From Alphaproteobacteria bacterium (GTDB lineage Bacteria; Pseudomonadota; Alphaproteobacteria; UBA7985): 64,000 nt of DNA. Under the pieces are notes generated by a model. That model was not told the DNA's origin. It saw only the letters and a list, made by a program, of their open reading frames with translations, and ran no database searches. Shown here piece after piece: positions 1 to 8,185 of the stretch. The first letter of the stretch is position 1. Every line of letters begins with the position of its first letter. The stretch spans positions 180-64,179 of the forward strand of contig CAXQZM010000070.1 of assembly GCA_964228455.1 (NCBI GenBank), written 5' to 3'. Position numbers and translations under genes: made by a program.

Positions 1-48
1 TCAAAAGGGCTAGCGGTTCAATTAAGCGTTTCTCGAAGTCTGTAATAC

Positions 49-528
49 ATGAAGAGTCTAGGACAGATCTCTTTCACGCTTTTAATAGTCTCAGCTTCTA
101 TTCTAAATTCTGTCGCAACTGCTGATGTGATCCCCTCGGGGCAAACCTTCAACTGCACACCTACCCATGTTTGGGATGGTGATGGACCTATCTGGTGCGA
201 AGAGGGCACTAAAATCAGACTGGCAGGCATAGCTGCTCGGGAAATTAACGATGAATGCCTAGTAGGCCACCCTTGTCCGCGAGAGTCAGGAAAAAATTCC
301 AGAGCGGGACTAGTTTCGATACTTGGTGAGCCAGTTGGTACCGGAGCCCACGGACACATACTAGTTCGTGGTCCAACATTAAGATGTAAATCTGCAGGCT
401 CAGCAAAGGGAAGCCGAACCGCTGCGTGGTGCATTACCGAAGCTGGACTAGACGTGAATTGTACAATGGTAAAAAAACGATGGGCAGCTCGGTGGGCGGC
501 CTATTGGGGAGCACATAGCTGCGACTAG
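49..528 (+). CDS. Secreted thermonuclease-family (SNase-like) protein, Cys-rich
   Basis: N-terminal signal-like hydrophobic segment (SFTLLIVSASILNSVATA). Motif VWDGDGPIW...KIRLAGIAAREINDEC resembles the SNase signature V.DGDT...RL.GIDAPE. ORF from the six-frame track. Confidence 0.5.
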   Translation: MKSLGQISFTLLIVSASILNSVATADVIPSGQTFNCTPTHVWDGDGPIWCEEGTKIRLAGIAAREINDECLVGHPCPRESGKNSRAGLVSILGEPVGTGAHGHILVRGPTLRCKSAGSAKGSRTAAWCITEAGLDVNCTMVKKRWAARWAAYWGAHSCD

Positions 529-561
529 ACTTAGATCAGTTACCTCCAGACCCTGGTGTCT

Positions 562-765
562 TTATTTATAATGCTCACGCCGATTTCGAAACAACTTAAC
601 TCTCTTCCTCCAAGCACGGTAAGATCCTGGCCTAAGATTTTCCTGCATCACGCGTTTTACTGCGCTTTCATCAAGGCCAAAAGATGCGCGGATGCTATCA
701 AAATCTGTATCGTCGCAAAGCGCCATCTCGATGACCTCACTAATTTGTGCTTGTGAAAGACTCAT
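562..765 (-). CDS. Small conserved hypothetical protein (DUF2805/TIGR03643-like, uncertain)
   Basis: 67-aa ORF whose end overlaps the downstream methyltransferase gene by 4 nt on the same strand, which suggests an operon. Sequence is not low-complexity. The family name is from memory and uncertain. Confidence 0.4.
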   Translation of the reverse strand: MSLSQAQISEVIEMALCDDTDFDSIRASFGLDESAVKRVMQENLRPGSYRAWRKRVKLFRNRREHYK

Positions 766-1388
766 ATCAAGATTTCGTATGCACGAACTTCATGAATACC
801 TTCTGGCTCTGCAATTGGCATAACCTTGTAATCCCCAGACGCAAATCGAAGTGACCATTTGCCTTGTGCGCTCAACTTATCACATGCCTCAATATAATCT
901 GGGCTAGTTTTTTCGCCACCACGGAGAGAAAATACACAGAATCCTCCCGGCCGCGTGACACGCGCCAATTCTGACAAACTTGAAGCTGGCGCCTGACCTG
1001 GAGAGAGCGCTCCAGCAGATATGACTGCACCGAATTTTCCGTCGGAGAAGGGCATATCAGATGCGACAGGGCCTTCAATTAGTTCGTCATAGATTCCCTT
1101 TGCACTCGCAACCGATAGCATACCTGCAGAAATATCTAATCCTATCAGCGGACGATACCCCAGAAGCGCCAGAGGTTCAGATTGCAAACCTCCGCCGCAA
1201 CCCGCGTCGAGAATTGGACCAATATTTTGAGGTATGAAACGGGTAAAAGTTGCCGCAATAATTGCGGGCGTTCGATACCCATTTCCAAAAACCTCCTGCT
1301 CATAAGACGCAGACCACTCATCATATATCTCCCTCTGCCCCTCAAGAGTTTTAGTGGAGAATACTCGATCAACAAATTTGAGGCCCAT
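762..1388 (-). CDS. Class I SAM-dependent methyltransferase
   Basis: Motif I ILDAGCGGGLQSEPLA followed by LIGLDIS (motif II-like). Length about 208 aa. Confidence 0.75.
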   Translation of the reverse strand: MGLKFVDRVFSTKTLEGQREIYDEWSASYEQEVFGNGYRTPAIIAATFTRFIPQNIGPILDAGCGGGLQSEPLALLGYRPLIGLDISAGMLSVASAKGIYDELIEGPVASDMPFSDGKFGAVISAGALSPGQAPASSLSELARVTRPGGFCVFSLRGGEKTSPDYIEACDKLSAQGKWSLRFASGDYKVMPIAEPEGIHEVRAYEILI

Positions 1389-1518
1389 ATTTTCCTCGCT
1401 GACAGAAACACTTTAAATGCCGGGATACCAAGTGTTTTAGCCACGTAAAAGCCTCAATTTTGTGAGAGCTGTTAATTGGCTTAGACTTTTTCTTAACCGA
1501 CCCTTAGATGCTGCCGTG

Positions 1519-2142
1519 ATGACTGATAATATCCATCTTTACCAGGGCGATGTTCCCGATGACTTTAGACTGCCAGGTTCCTTGGCAATTGATACTGAAA
1601 CCATGGGCCTCATCCATGGGCGTGATCGTTTGTGCTTAGTACAAATGTCGAATGGTAACGGCGAGGCACATTTAGTTCAGATTGCCAATGGACAGCGCCA
1701 TGCACCAAACCTCAAAAAACTAATAGAGACAACAACAGAGCCTGTGCTCATGCATTTTGCGCGCTTTGACATTGCCTCCCTCAAGGCAGGTTTAGATATT
1801 GATGTGCCGATGGTTTTTTGTACAAAAATTGCGTCAAAAATTTCGCGCTCCTTTACTAATCGTCATGGACTAAAAGATCTGTGCCTTGAGCTGCTAAGCA
1901 TCGATATTTCGAAGCAGCAGCAAAGCTCAGATTGGGGAGCAGAGACTCTGTCTGAAGCACAGCTGGCTTATGCTGCATCTGACGTGCTACATTTACACAA
2001 AATTGCAGAAAAACTTAAAACTATGCTTGATCGTGAAGAGCGACAAGATCTGGCAAAGGCGCATTTTGACTTCCTCTCCACAAGAGCCGCGATGGATCTT
2101 TTAGGATGGGAAACTCGTGATCTTTTTGCTCACTCAGGATAA
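1519..2142 (+). CDS. 3'-5' exonuclease domain protein (RNase D-like, DEDDy family)
   Basis: Exo I motif AIDTETMGL, and later YAASDVLHLHKI (Exo III Y-x3-D). Start moved to the in-frame ATG at 1519 (MTDNIHLYQGD) by analogy with small alphaproteobacterial RNase D-like proteins. The ORF opens at 1462 with GTG. Confidence 0.7.
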   Translation: MTDNIHLYQGDVPDDFRLPGSLAIDTETMGLIHGRDRLCLVQMSNGNGEAHLVQIANGQRHAPNLKKLIETTTEPVLMHFARFDIASLKAGLDIDVPMVFCTKIASKISRSFTNRHGLKDLCLELLSIDISKQQQSSDWGAETLSEAQLAYAASDVLHLHKIAEKLKTMLDREERQDLAKAHFDFLSTRAAMDLLGWETRDLFAHSG

Positions 2143-2144
2143 GA

Positions 2145-3098
2145 ATGAAACAGCTGCTCAAAACTGCTCAAGATGTCATTTTAGCTGAGCAAGAAGGCCT
2201 TGCAGAACTAGCCCGCAGTCTTGATGACACTTTCCTGAATGCACTTGAACTGTTGAGAGGGTGTGAAGGCAGAGTGATTTTCTCCGGCATGGGTAAATCA
2301 GGCCATATTGGATCAAAACTAGCTGCAACCATGGCGAGCACGGGCACCCCCGCTCTTTTTGTTCATCCAGGCGAAGCGAGCCATGGAGACATGGGTATGA
2401 TCAAACCAAGTGACGTCTTAATTCTTATGTCAAACTCGGGAAATACAGACGAATTAAAAGATCTCAGTGCCTATGGAAGACGTCAAAAGCTCTCGATAAT
2501 TGGGATTTCAAAAACTGATGACTCAATAGTGGGCCGAGCTTCAGACGTATTCATTCGGCTGCCACAGGTTGATGAGGCCTGCACTCTGCAGCTGGCTCCG
2601 ACCACCTCTACGACTATGATGCTAGCGTTAGGTGACGCTTTATGTGTTGCGCTAATGGAGATAAAAGGCTTCAAACCGTCTGATTTTCATCAATTTCATC
2701 CTGGTGGAAAACTAGGGCTAGATCTGATTCAAGTTCACGAGCTAATGCGACCATTAAGCAAGGTACCTACCTGCACGCTACCTTGCAGCATGGCAAAGGT
2801 TATCACTTCAATTAATCGAGGTGGTATCGGCCTTGTAGCACTCACAGAAAATGGTGTGTTAGCCGGGCTAATAACCGACGGTGATATTCGACGAAACTCG
2901 TCCCTGCGACTTATTGACCAAGACCCTTCTGATATAATGTCAGTTGATCCTCATGGGGTATTACCAACCGATCTTGCTTCCCACGCGTTGAAATTAATGA
3001 ATGATGAAGGAATTACCGCGTTGGTCGTGCGAGACAATCAAAGCGATTTAACGGGGTTACTTCATATCCACGATCTTCTAAGGGCAGGCTTAGGCTAG
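2145..3098 (+). CDS. kdsD: Arabinose-5-phosphate isomerase (KpsF/GutQ family, SIS + tandem CBS)
   Basis: SIS motif GRVIFSGMGKSGHIGSKLAATMASTGTPALFVHPGEASHGDMGMI. C-terminal CBS pair. Sits upstream of lptC-lptA-lptB as in the canonical kdsD-(kdsC)-lptCAB cluster. Confidence 0.85.
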   Translation: MKQLLKTAQDVILAEQEGLAELARSLDDTFLNALELLRGCEGRVIFSGMGKSGHIGSKLAATMASTGTPALFVHPGEASHGDMGMIKPSDVLILMSNSGNTDELKDLSAYGRRQKLSIIGISKTDDSIVGRASDVFIRLPQVDEACTLQLAPTTSTTMMLALGDALCVALMEIKGFKPSDFHQFHPGGKLGLDLIQVHELMRPLSKVPTCTLPCSMAKVITSINRGGIGLVALTENGVLAGLITDGDIRRNSSLRLIDQDPSDIMSVDPHGVLPTDLASHALKLMNDEGITALVVRDNQSDLTGLLHIHDLLRAGLG

Positions 3099-3101
3099 GT
3101 C

Positions 3102-3677
3102 ATGCACAATTATAAATCGGCACAAAAGCTGCATCGAAGCCAAAGTATATTTCTTTTTGCGTCAATGTCTTTGTTAACCGTGGCAATGCTATACTTAGCG
3201 CTTGTTAGGCCTTTTTCAGTTGGTTTCGACTTAAATTCAGTAGAGGAGGGTCGACGCTTGCAAGTTTTTGATGCTGCTGATGACTCCTACACGTCCCTAA
3301 ACAATCGGTTACTTGGACTTCGTGCCCAAGTATTATCTGGCGAGTTCAAAGGGACCGAGCTAACAGCCAATTCAATTAGTCAGCTTGATGGCATTGAGCA
3401 GCCATTTGTAATGGAATTAAATGCTAATGGCCCTGCAGGAGAAATACTCGCAGTTGGGCTCGCACGACCCGGCGAAAACCGTGAGGTTTATGAATTTCCT
3501 GCTGGCCTTACTGCAGATAATACAAGAGAACGCCTTGATTCTGAGAATTTAATGATCAATGTAGATGAGGGTACTGCGGAAGCACGAGGCAAGACCTACG
3601 TTGAGTCAGAGGATTCAATAATTAAAGCTGACGAAGGTCTTTTCATCGACAGGGAAGGCAACATTGAAATACGTTAA
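3102..3677 (+). CDS. lptC: LPS export protein LptC (putative)
   Basis: Single N-terminal TM segment, about 190 aa. Position between kdsD and lptA. Sequence alone is weakly diagnostic, so the call rests mainly on gene order. Confidence 0.5.
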   Translation: MHNYKSAQKLHRSQSIFLFASMSLLTVAMLYLALVRPFSVGFDLNSVEEGRRLQVFDAADDSYTSLNNRLLGLRAQVLSGEFKGTELTANSISQLDGIEQPFVMELNANGPAGEILAVGLARPGENREVYEFPAGLTADNTRERLDSENLMINVDEGTAEARGKTYVESEDSIIKADEGLFIDREGNIEIR

Positions 3678-4461
3678 ACTCTTATTACTCGCACTCTCTG
3701 CGAGTATTGCACCAAGCCACGCCCAAACTCCATCTATCAGCTTAAACTTGGAAGGAGAGCAGGGCGACATAAATGTGCAAGTTGGGGAAAGCCTTCAGCG
3801 AGACGTAGAAAAAGGGATAGTTCGTTTAACCGGCGGCATCCAAATTCGACAAGCCGATGGCGCAATAGTTCTGGCAGACAGTGCAGTTCTAATTAGTGAG
3901 CCCAACGCTATTTTTACAAGGGATGCAGAAGCCTTAGAGGGTGCCACTCTGATCGGCCGGGTTTATTTGCGAAACTCAGATGGTTTTGAGATAGAGGCAG
4001 AGACCCTTGAATTAAAAGATGAGCTCACCCGGTTCGAGGCACTTGGAGCACCAGTAGTTGTTAAAATTGATAGCCAAAGTCTTGAGGCCAACGAGGGGCT
4101 TCTTGGTAATTTAGACACTCGTACTTTTTATGGATACGGCGGCGCCACAATTAGTCTCAATGATGGCAAACTTGTAGGCAACGAAGTTCAAATCACCCTC
4201 CCCAAAAACCCTCAAGATCGCCCAAAAGTTCTTGCACGAGGGGACGTTTTGTTTGTCAATTTAACCGCTAGCGTAGCAGCTGATCAAATGGAAAGTAGCG
4301 ACGACGGTCGCTTTCTCACCTTGAGCGGTAATGTGGAAGTAACAAGTGGTAGCTCAAATTTTTCAAGCGGAAGTATTTTGATAGATCTCGAGACAGAGGC
4401 ATTTACGCTAGAGGCCGCAAATACTGAGCCTCAGGCGGCGCTAAACTTTTTAAAGCCATGA
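3664..4461 (+). CDS. lptA: LPS transport periplasmic protein LptA (OstA-like)
   Basis: Signal peptide MKYVKLLLLALSASIAPSHAQ. Beta-jellyroll-like repetitive segments. Lies immediately upstream of lptB and overlaps it. Confidence 0.65.
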   Translation: MKYVKLLLLALSASIAPSHAQTPSISLNLEGEQGDINVQVGESLQRDVEKGIVRLTGGIQIRQADGAIVLADSAVLISEPNAIFTRDAEALEGATLIGRVYLRNSDGFEIEAETLELKDELTRFEALGAPVVVKIDSQSLEANEGLLGNLDTRTFYGYGGATISLNDGKLVGNEVQITLPKNPQDRPKVLARGDVLFVNLTASVAADQMESSDDGRFLTLSGNVEVTSGSSNFSSGSILIDLETEAFTLEAANTEPQAALNFLKP

Positions 4462-5216
4462 TAGAAACTCCACTACGCAATGGATTAGTTGCCCAAGGTT
4501 TAAGGAAATCATATGGCCGTCGCGCTGTTTTATCAAAAGTTGATTTTGATGTGCAACGTGGCGAAGTCGTAGCTATTTTGGGACCTAATGGCGCGGGCAA
4601 AACCACAAGTTTCTATATGATGTGTGGGCTTACGAAAGCGGACTCGGGTCGCGTGATAATGGACGGAAAGGATATAACGAAATTACCCATGTATATCCGT
4701 GCGCGAATGGGAATTGGGTATTTGCCACAAGACTCAAGTATTTTTCGAGGCCTGAATGCGGAGCAGAATATTTCCTCAATTCTGCAGCTCGGAAACAAAA
4801 CAAAAAAAGAACAGCGAGAACGACTTGAGCAACTATTGGATGACTTTGGATTGCAACGAGTTCGCAAAGCACCTGCCCCTGCGCTGTCAGGCGGCGAGCG
4901 GCGGCGCGTCGAAGTAGCACGCGCTCTAGCATCGGATCCATCCTACATACTGCTTGATGAGCCGTTCGCAGGTGTCGACCCGATTGCAGTCGCAGATATT
5001 AGAGCTCTAGTTTCAAAACTAAAAACTTATGGGATCGGTGTTTTAATTACAGATCATAACGTTCGTGAAACGCTTGAAATTGTCGACCGCGCATTCATCA
5101 TCTACGATGGTACAATTCTGAAATCTGGATCAGCCAAGGAAATAATAGAAGACCCGGCGGTACAACAACACTATCTAGGAGACTCGATGAAGCGCTCCAG
5201 TCACCTTAATGACTAA
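4458..5216 (+). CDS. lptB: LPS export ABC transporter ATP-binding protein LptB
   Basis: Walker A GPNGAGKTT, ABC signature LSGGERRRVEVARAL, Walker B ILLDEP. 252 aa. Confidence 0.9.
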   Translation: MIETPLRNGLVAQGLRKSYGRRAVLSKVDFDVQRGEVVAILGPNGAGKTTSFYMMCGLTKADSGRVIMDGKDITKLPMYIRARMGIGYLPQDSSIFRGLNAEQNISSILQLGNKTKKEQRERLEQLLDDFGLQRVRKAPAPALSGGERRRVEVARALASDPSYILLDEPFAGVDPIAVADIRALVSKLKTYGIGVLITDHNVRETLEIVDRAFIIYDGTILKSGSAKEIIEDPAVQQHYLGDSMKRSSHLND

Positions 5217-5787
5217 ACTTTCAACTAGGAAAGCTCTCCTTGCACAGAGGAAGAAAGCGCACTCAGAGGAGTTGGAGGGAAACTTACCAGCCATGGCCAA
5301 GTGGCTGCTAGCGCAACTCGATACTAGCAAGATCTTGGCTAGCTACAAGCCTATTGGATCTGAGCGTGATCCAGGTCCTTTAACTAAACTTTTAAATATT
5401 CAATTAACGTTTCCTAAGGTTATGGGCTCAGCTCAGCCGCTGTCGTTTTTTTCAGCCTCCAAGGTTGATGATTTCGAACGAGGTGCTTTCGGCGTAATGG
5501 AGCCAAAAGACCTCCTAACCGAAATTCTGCCAGACATTGTCATCGCTCCTCTCGTTGGCTTCGATGAGAACGGATACCGAATGGGCTATGGTGGGGGGTT
5601 CTATGATCGCACTTTAGCTAAATTGCGAGCCGTTAAGAGTGTAACCGCAATCGGTTACGCCTATGAAAAACAGCTTAGCAAGAACCCTCTAAATTTTGAA
5701 CCCACGGACTTAGCTCTAGATTTTGTTATGACCCCTTCAAATCTTTATAAATTTAATAGCGGAAAAGATAAGTTCACATGGTCCTGA
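5209..5787 (+). CDS. 5-formyltetrahydrofolate cyclo-ligase
   Basis: Diagnostic GYGGGFYDRTL motif (GxGxGYYDR). About 190 aa. Confidence 0.8.
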   Translation: MTKLSTRKALLAQRKKAHSEELEGNLPAMAKWLLAQLDTSKILASYKPIGSERDPGPLTKLLNIQLTFPKVMGSAQPLSFFSASKVDDFERGAFGVMEPKDLLTEILPDIVIAPLVGFDENGYRMGYGGGFYDRTLAKLRAVKSVTAIGYAYEKQLSKNPLNFEPTDLALDFVMTPSNLYKFNSGKDKFTWS

Positions 5788-6593
5788 GAATAGGTGTCTT
5801 TGGTGATGTGGTGGGCCGAGCCGGGCGAAGTGCTGTGCTGAAACATATGCCGCTTGTTAAAGAAGCTCTCAAGCTGGACTTAGTGGTACTTAACATTGAA
5901 AATGCAGCTTCAGGCTTTGGTTACACACAAAAAATGGTCGAGGAATTTGAAGCAGCTGGGGTGGATGCAATGATTACTGGTAACCATGCTTTTGACCAGA
6001 AAGACGCAAATCAACTATTATCAACAAAACGTAGCCTAATCCGCCCAGCTAATTATCCTGAAGGAACACCTGGGATAGGATTATGCGAAGTTCAAACTCC
6101 CAAGGGCTCTATTGTAATTGCTCAGGTTATGGGGAGATTGTTCATGACACCTTTAGATTGTCCATTTAAAACGGTAGATAATCTTTTAAGGACCCACCGA
6201 TTAGGCGAAACATGCAAGGCGATTCTAGTCGATATTCATGGTGAAGCCACCTCAGAAAAAATGGCAATGGGACATTACCTTGATGGCCGGGTAACACTTG
6301 TTGAGGGCACCCACACCCATGTCCCGACAGCAGACACCATGATTTTACCGAAAGGAACTGCTTATCAGACCGATCTGGGTATGACAGGTGACTACCATTC
6401 TGTAATTGGTTTTGACCCACAGGTTCCAGTAAATCGGTTCAAGACGGGTCGAAGCGGAGGACGGCTAACACCGGCTTTAGGCGAGGCAACGCTAAGCGGA
6501 ATATACGTAGAAGCAGATTTAAACACCGGCTTAGCACAAAAAGCAAAACCAATTCGTACAGGCGGAAAATTAATTTCGACCTTATCCACATGA
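5778..6593 (+). CDS. YmdB-like metallophosphoesterase (TIGR00282 family)
   Basis: N-terminal RIGVFGDVVGRAGR and NIENAASGFG motifs typical of the YmdB calcineurin-like phosphoesterase family. Confidence 0.8.
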   Translation: MVLRIGVFGDVVGRAGRSAVLKHMPLVKEALKLDLVVLNIENAASGFGYTQKMVEEFEAAGVDAMITGNHAFDQKDANQLLSTKRSLIRPANYPEGTPGIGLCEVQTPKGSIVIAQVMGRLFMTPLDCPFKTVDNLLRTHRLGETCKAILVDIHGEATSEKMAMGHYLDGRVTLVEGTHTHVPTADTMILPKGTAYQTDLGMTGDYHSVIGFDPQVPVNRFKTGRSGGRLTPALGEATLSGIYVEADLNTGLAQKAKPIRTGGKLISTLST

Positions 6594-6770
6594 GCTAAGG
6601 TGAGTCCCCAAGCGGACTTTCGACTCTTGCGGGCAAAAGAATCCCCAGCTCAAACGACTCGAGTGCCGATTACAGACTTTCCCCGAGTCGCGAACCGTGA
6701 GAAAGGTGCCTTTCAAGAGGCCAAAACATCAGTGTAGCGGCGTTAGTTCTAATGATGAGAGGGACGTGTG
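6594..6770 (+). ncRNA. Candidate 6S RNA (ssrS-like), unverified
   Basis: About 175-nt non-coding gap on the same strand as the 5-FCL gene (in enterobacteria ssrS is linked to ygfA). By-eye partial resemblance to E. coli 6S motifs: CUUGCGGGC..UCCCCAGCUC versus E. coli GCAAGCGGGCCAGUCCCCUGAGCC, and GAGAAAGG..CCAAAAC..GUAGCGGCG versus GAGAAGCCUUAAAAC..CUGCGGCGGC. UCCCC/GGGA segments could close a central bubble. Not verified with a covariance model. Confidence 0.3.
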
Positions 6771-7265
6771 GACAGGGGATTTGATGCATTCTTAGAAAAT
6801 CCGATCGACACGGTAGAGGATGTCCTCACGCCGGATGACAGTCTTCAGCTCACACGCCCAAGCACGCGTGAATTGTTGATTGTTACTCCAGGTCAGTGGA
6901 GCTCTTACCGCTTGCACTGCTATTGGCAAACAGAGCTTCAAGCGCTTCACACTGCGTCCATGATGGAATTAAATATTTCGAAAGCACAAAAGCCAAAAAT
7001 AATGGAGCTAATGTGTCTAATTAACTCACGGCTTTGGATTGGGCACTTTGAGTTCTCCGATGAAGAGACAATGCCAGTCTTTCGCCATGGACTATTGCTT
7101 CGCGGCCAAGATCGTGTAGCTCGCGAACAAGTTGAAGATATGATGGAAGTAGCTATCGGAGAATGCGACCGGTTCTATCCTGCTTTTCAACTTGTCCTCT
7201 TGGCCGACCATGAGCCCAAGGATGCACTTCAAGCAGCGATGGTAGAGACAGTTGGCGAAGCCTAA
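6768..7265 (+). CDS. YbjN-domain protein (putative)
   Basis: 165-aa ORF directly upstream of proC. GTG start at 6768, start uncertain. Family assignment from general resemblance and from the ybjN-proC pairing I recall in alphaproteobacteria. Confidence 0.5.
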   Translation: MDRGFDAFLENPIDTVEDVLTPDDSLQLTRPSTRELLIVTPGQWSSYRLHCYWQTELQALHTASMMELNISKAQKPKIMELMCLINSRLWIGHFEFSDEETMPVFRHGLLLRGQDRVAREQVEDMMEVAIGECDRFYPAFQLVLLADHEPKDALQAAMVETVGEA

Positions 7266-7348
7266 CCCGGCTCCTTGAAGCGTGAACAAGAACACTTTCA
7301 GTGTGTTATTATGAGCTCCAGGCGAGAAATTTTTGTTAGAGTGAACAT

Positions 7349-8131
7349 ATGAGCGCAAAAAATCTGCTATTTATTGGTGCTGGAAATATGGGCGGCGCCT
7401 TTATCCGAGGCCTTTTGAAGCATGAAACACACCAAATTACTGTAGTGGATCCTGCTAAACCAAACTTTGATGCAGTAACAGTGCTCAGCCACATTAAGGA
7501 ATTCGATGGACCTACCCCGGATGCCGTGATCCTAGCCGTAAAACCACAAATCATGGAGCAAGTAGTATCTGCTTTGAGGGAAAAAATTTATGATAGCTTA
7601 GTCATTTCTATCGCCGCAGGTAAAAAAATAGCTTTTTTTCAAGGTATTTTAGGCAAGAATGCACGTATCATCAGAGCAATGCCTAACCTACCTGCAGCGA
7701 TTGGCGAGGGCATGACATGCTGGGTTGGTAACCATAACCTGGGTCAAAGAGACAAAGAAACCGCTCATGAAATACTGAGAGGTGCAGGTCAGGTACATGA
7801 ATTGCAAGAAGAGAGTGCTGTTGATTCTTGGACAGCTATAGCAGGAAGTGGTCCCGCTTTTGTATTCCACTTTTTGGAGTGCCTGAGCCTAGCTGCAGAA
7901 AAGCTTGGTTTTAATAAGGAGCTTTCTGATCTTCTTGCGATACAGACTACTTTAGGCTCAGCCAAACTTGTCAAAGAGTTAAATGATGAATTTATTACAT
8001 TACGAGAGAGCGTTACTAGTCCAGGTGGAACTACCGCAGCTGGGTTGGCTGTTTTGATGGAGAAACTGCCCGAATTATTAGTTCAGACAAGTCTAGCAGC
8101 TCATCAGCGTTCTGTTGAGTTAAGCGGCTAG
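7349..8131 (+). CDS. proC: Pyrroline-5-carboxylate reductase
   Basis: Rossmann motif LLFIGAGNMGGAFIRGLL and a C-terminal ProC dimerization region. 260 aa. Confidence 0.9.
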   Translation: MSAKNLLFIGAGNMGGAFIRGLLKHETHQITVVDPAKPNFDAVTVLSHIKEFDGPTPDAVILAVKPQIMEQVVSALREKIYDSLVISIAAGKKIAFFQGILGKNARIIRAMPNLPAAIGEGMTCWVGNHNLGQRDKETAHEILRGAGQVHELQEESAVDSWTAIAGSGPAFVFHFLECLSLAAEKLGFNKELSDLLAIQTTLGSAKLVKELNDEFITLRESVTSPGGTTAAGLAVLMEKLPELLVQTSLAAHQRSVELSG

Positions 8132-8143
8132 TCTAAGAATTCA

Positions 8144-8176
8144 GAAAAAATAAAGGGGGCCAAAGCCCCCTTTTGA
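8144..8176. terminator. Bidirectional rho-independent terminator (proC / rpsA)
   Basis: Sequence aaaaaataaaGGGGGCcaaaGCCCCCtttt. GC stem, 4-nt loop, A-tract on one side and T-tract on the other. Lies between convergent proC and rpsA. Confidence 0.6.
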
Positions 8177-8185
8177 ACTTTGAGG

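Noticed and set aside
18-434. 138-aa minus-strand ORF at the window start
   Set aside because: It is antisense to the SNase-like gene, which has a signal peptide and a recognisable catalytic motif. No motifs of its own.
1145-1448. Overlapping 88-99-aa ORFs on both strands within or upstream of the SAM-methyltransferase gene
   Set aside because: They overlap a well-supported methyltransferase CDS and have no recognisable motifs. The 1380-1460 region is better explained as the promoter/5' region shared with the RNase D-like gene.
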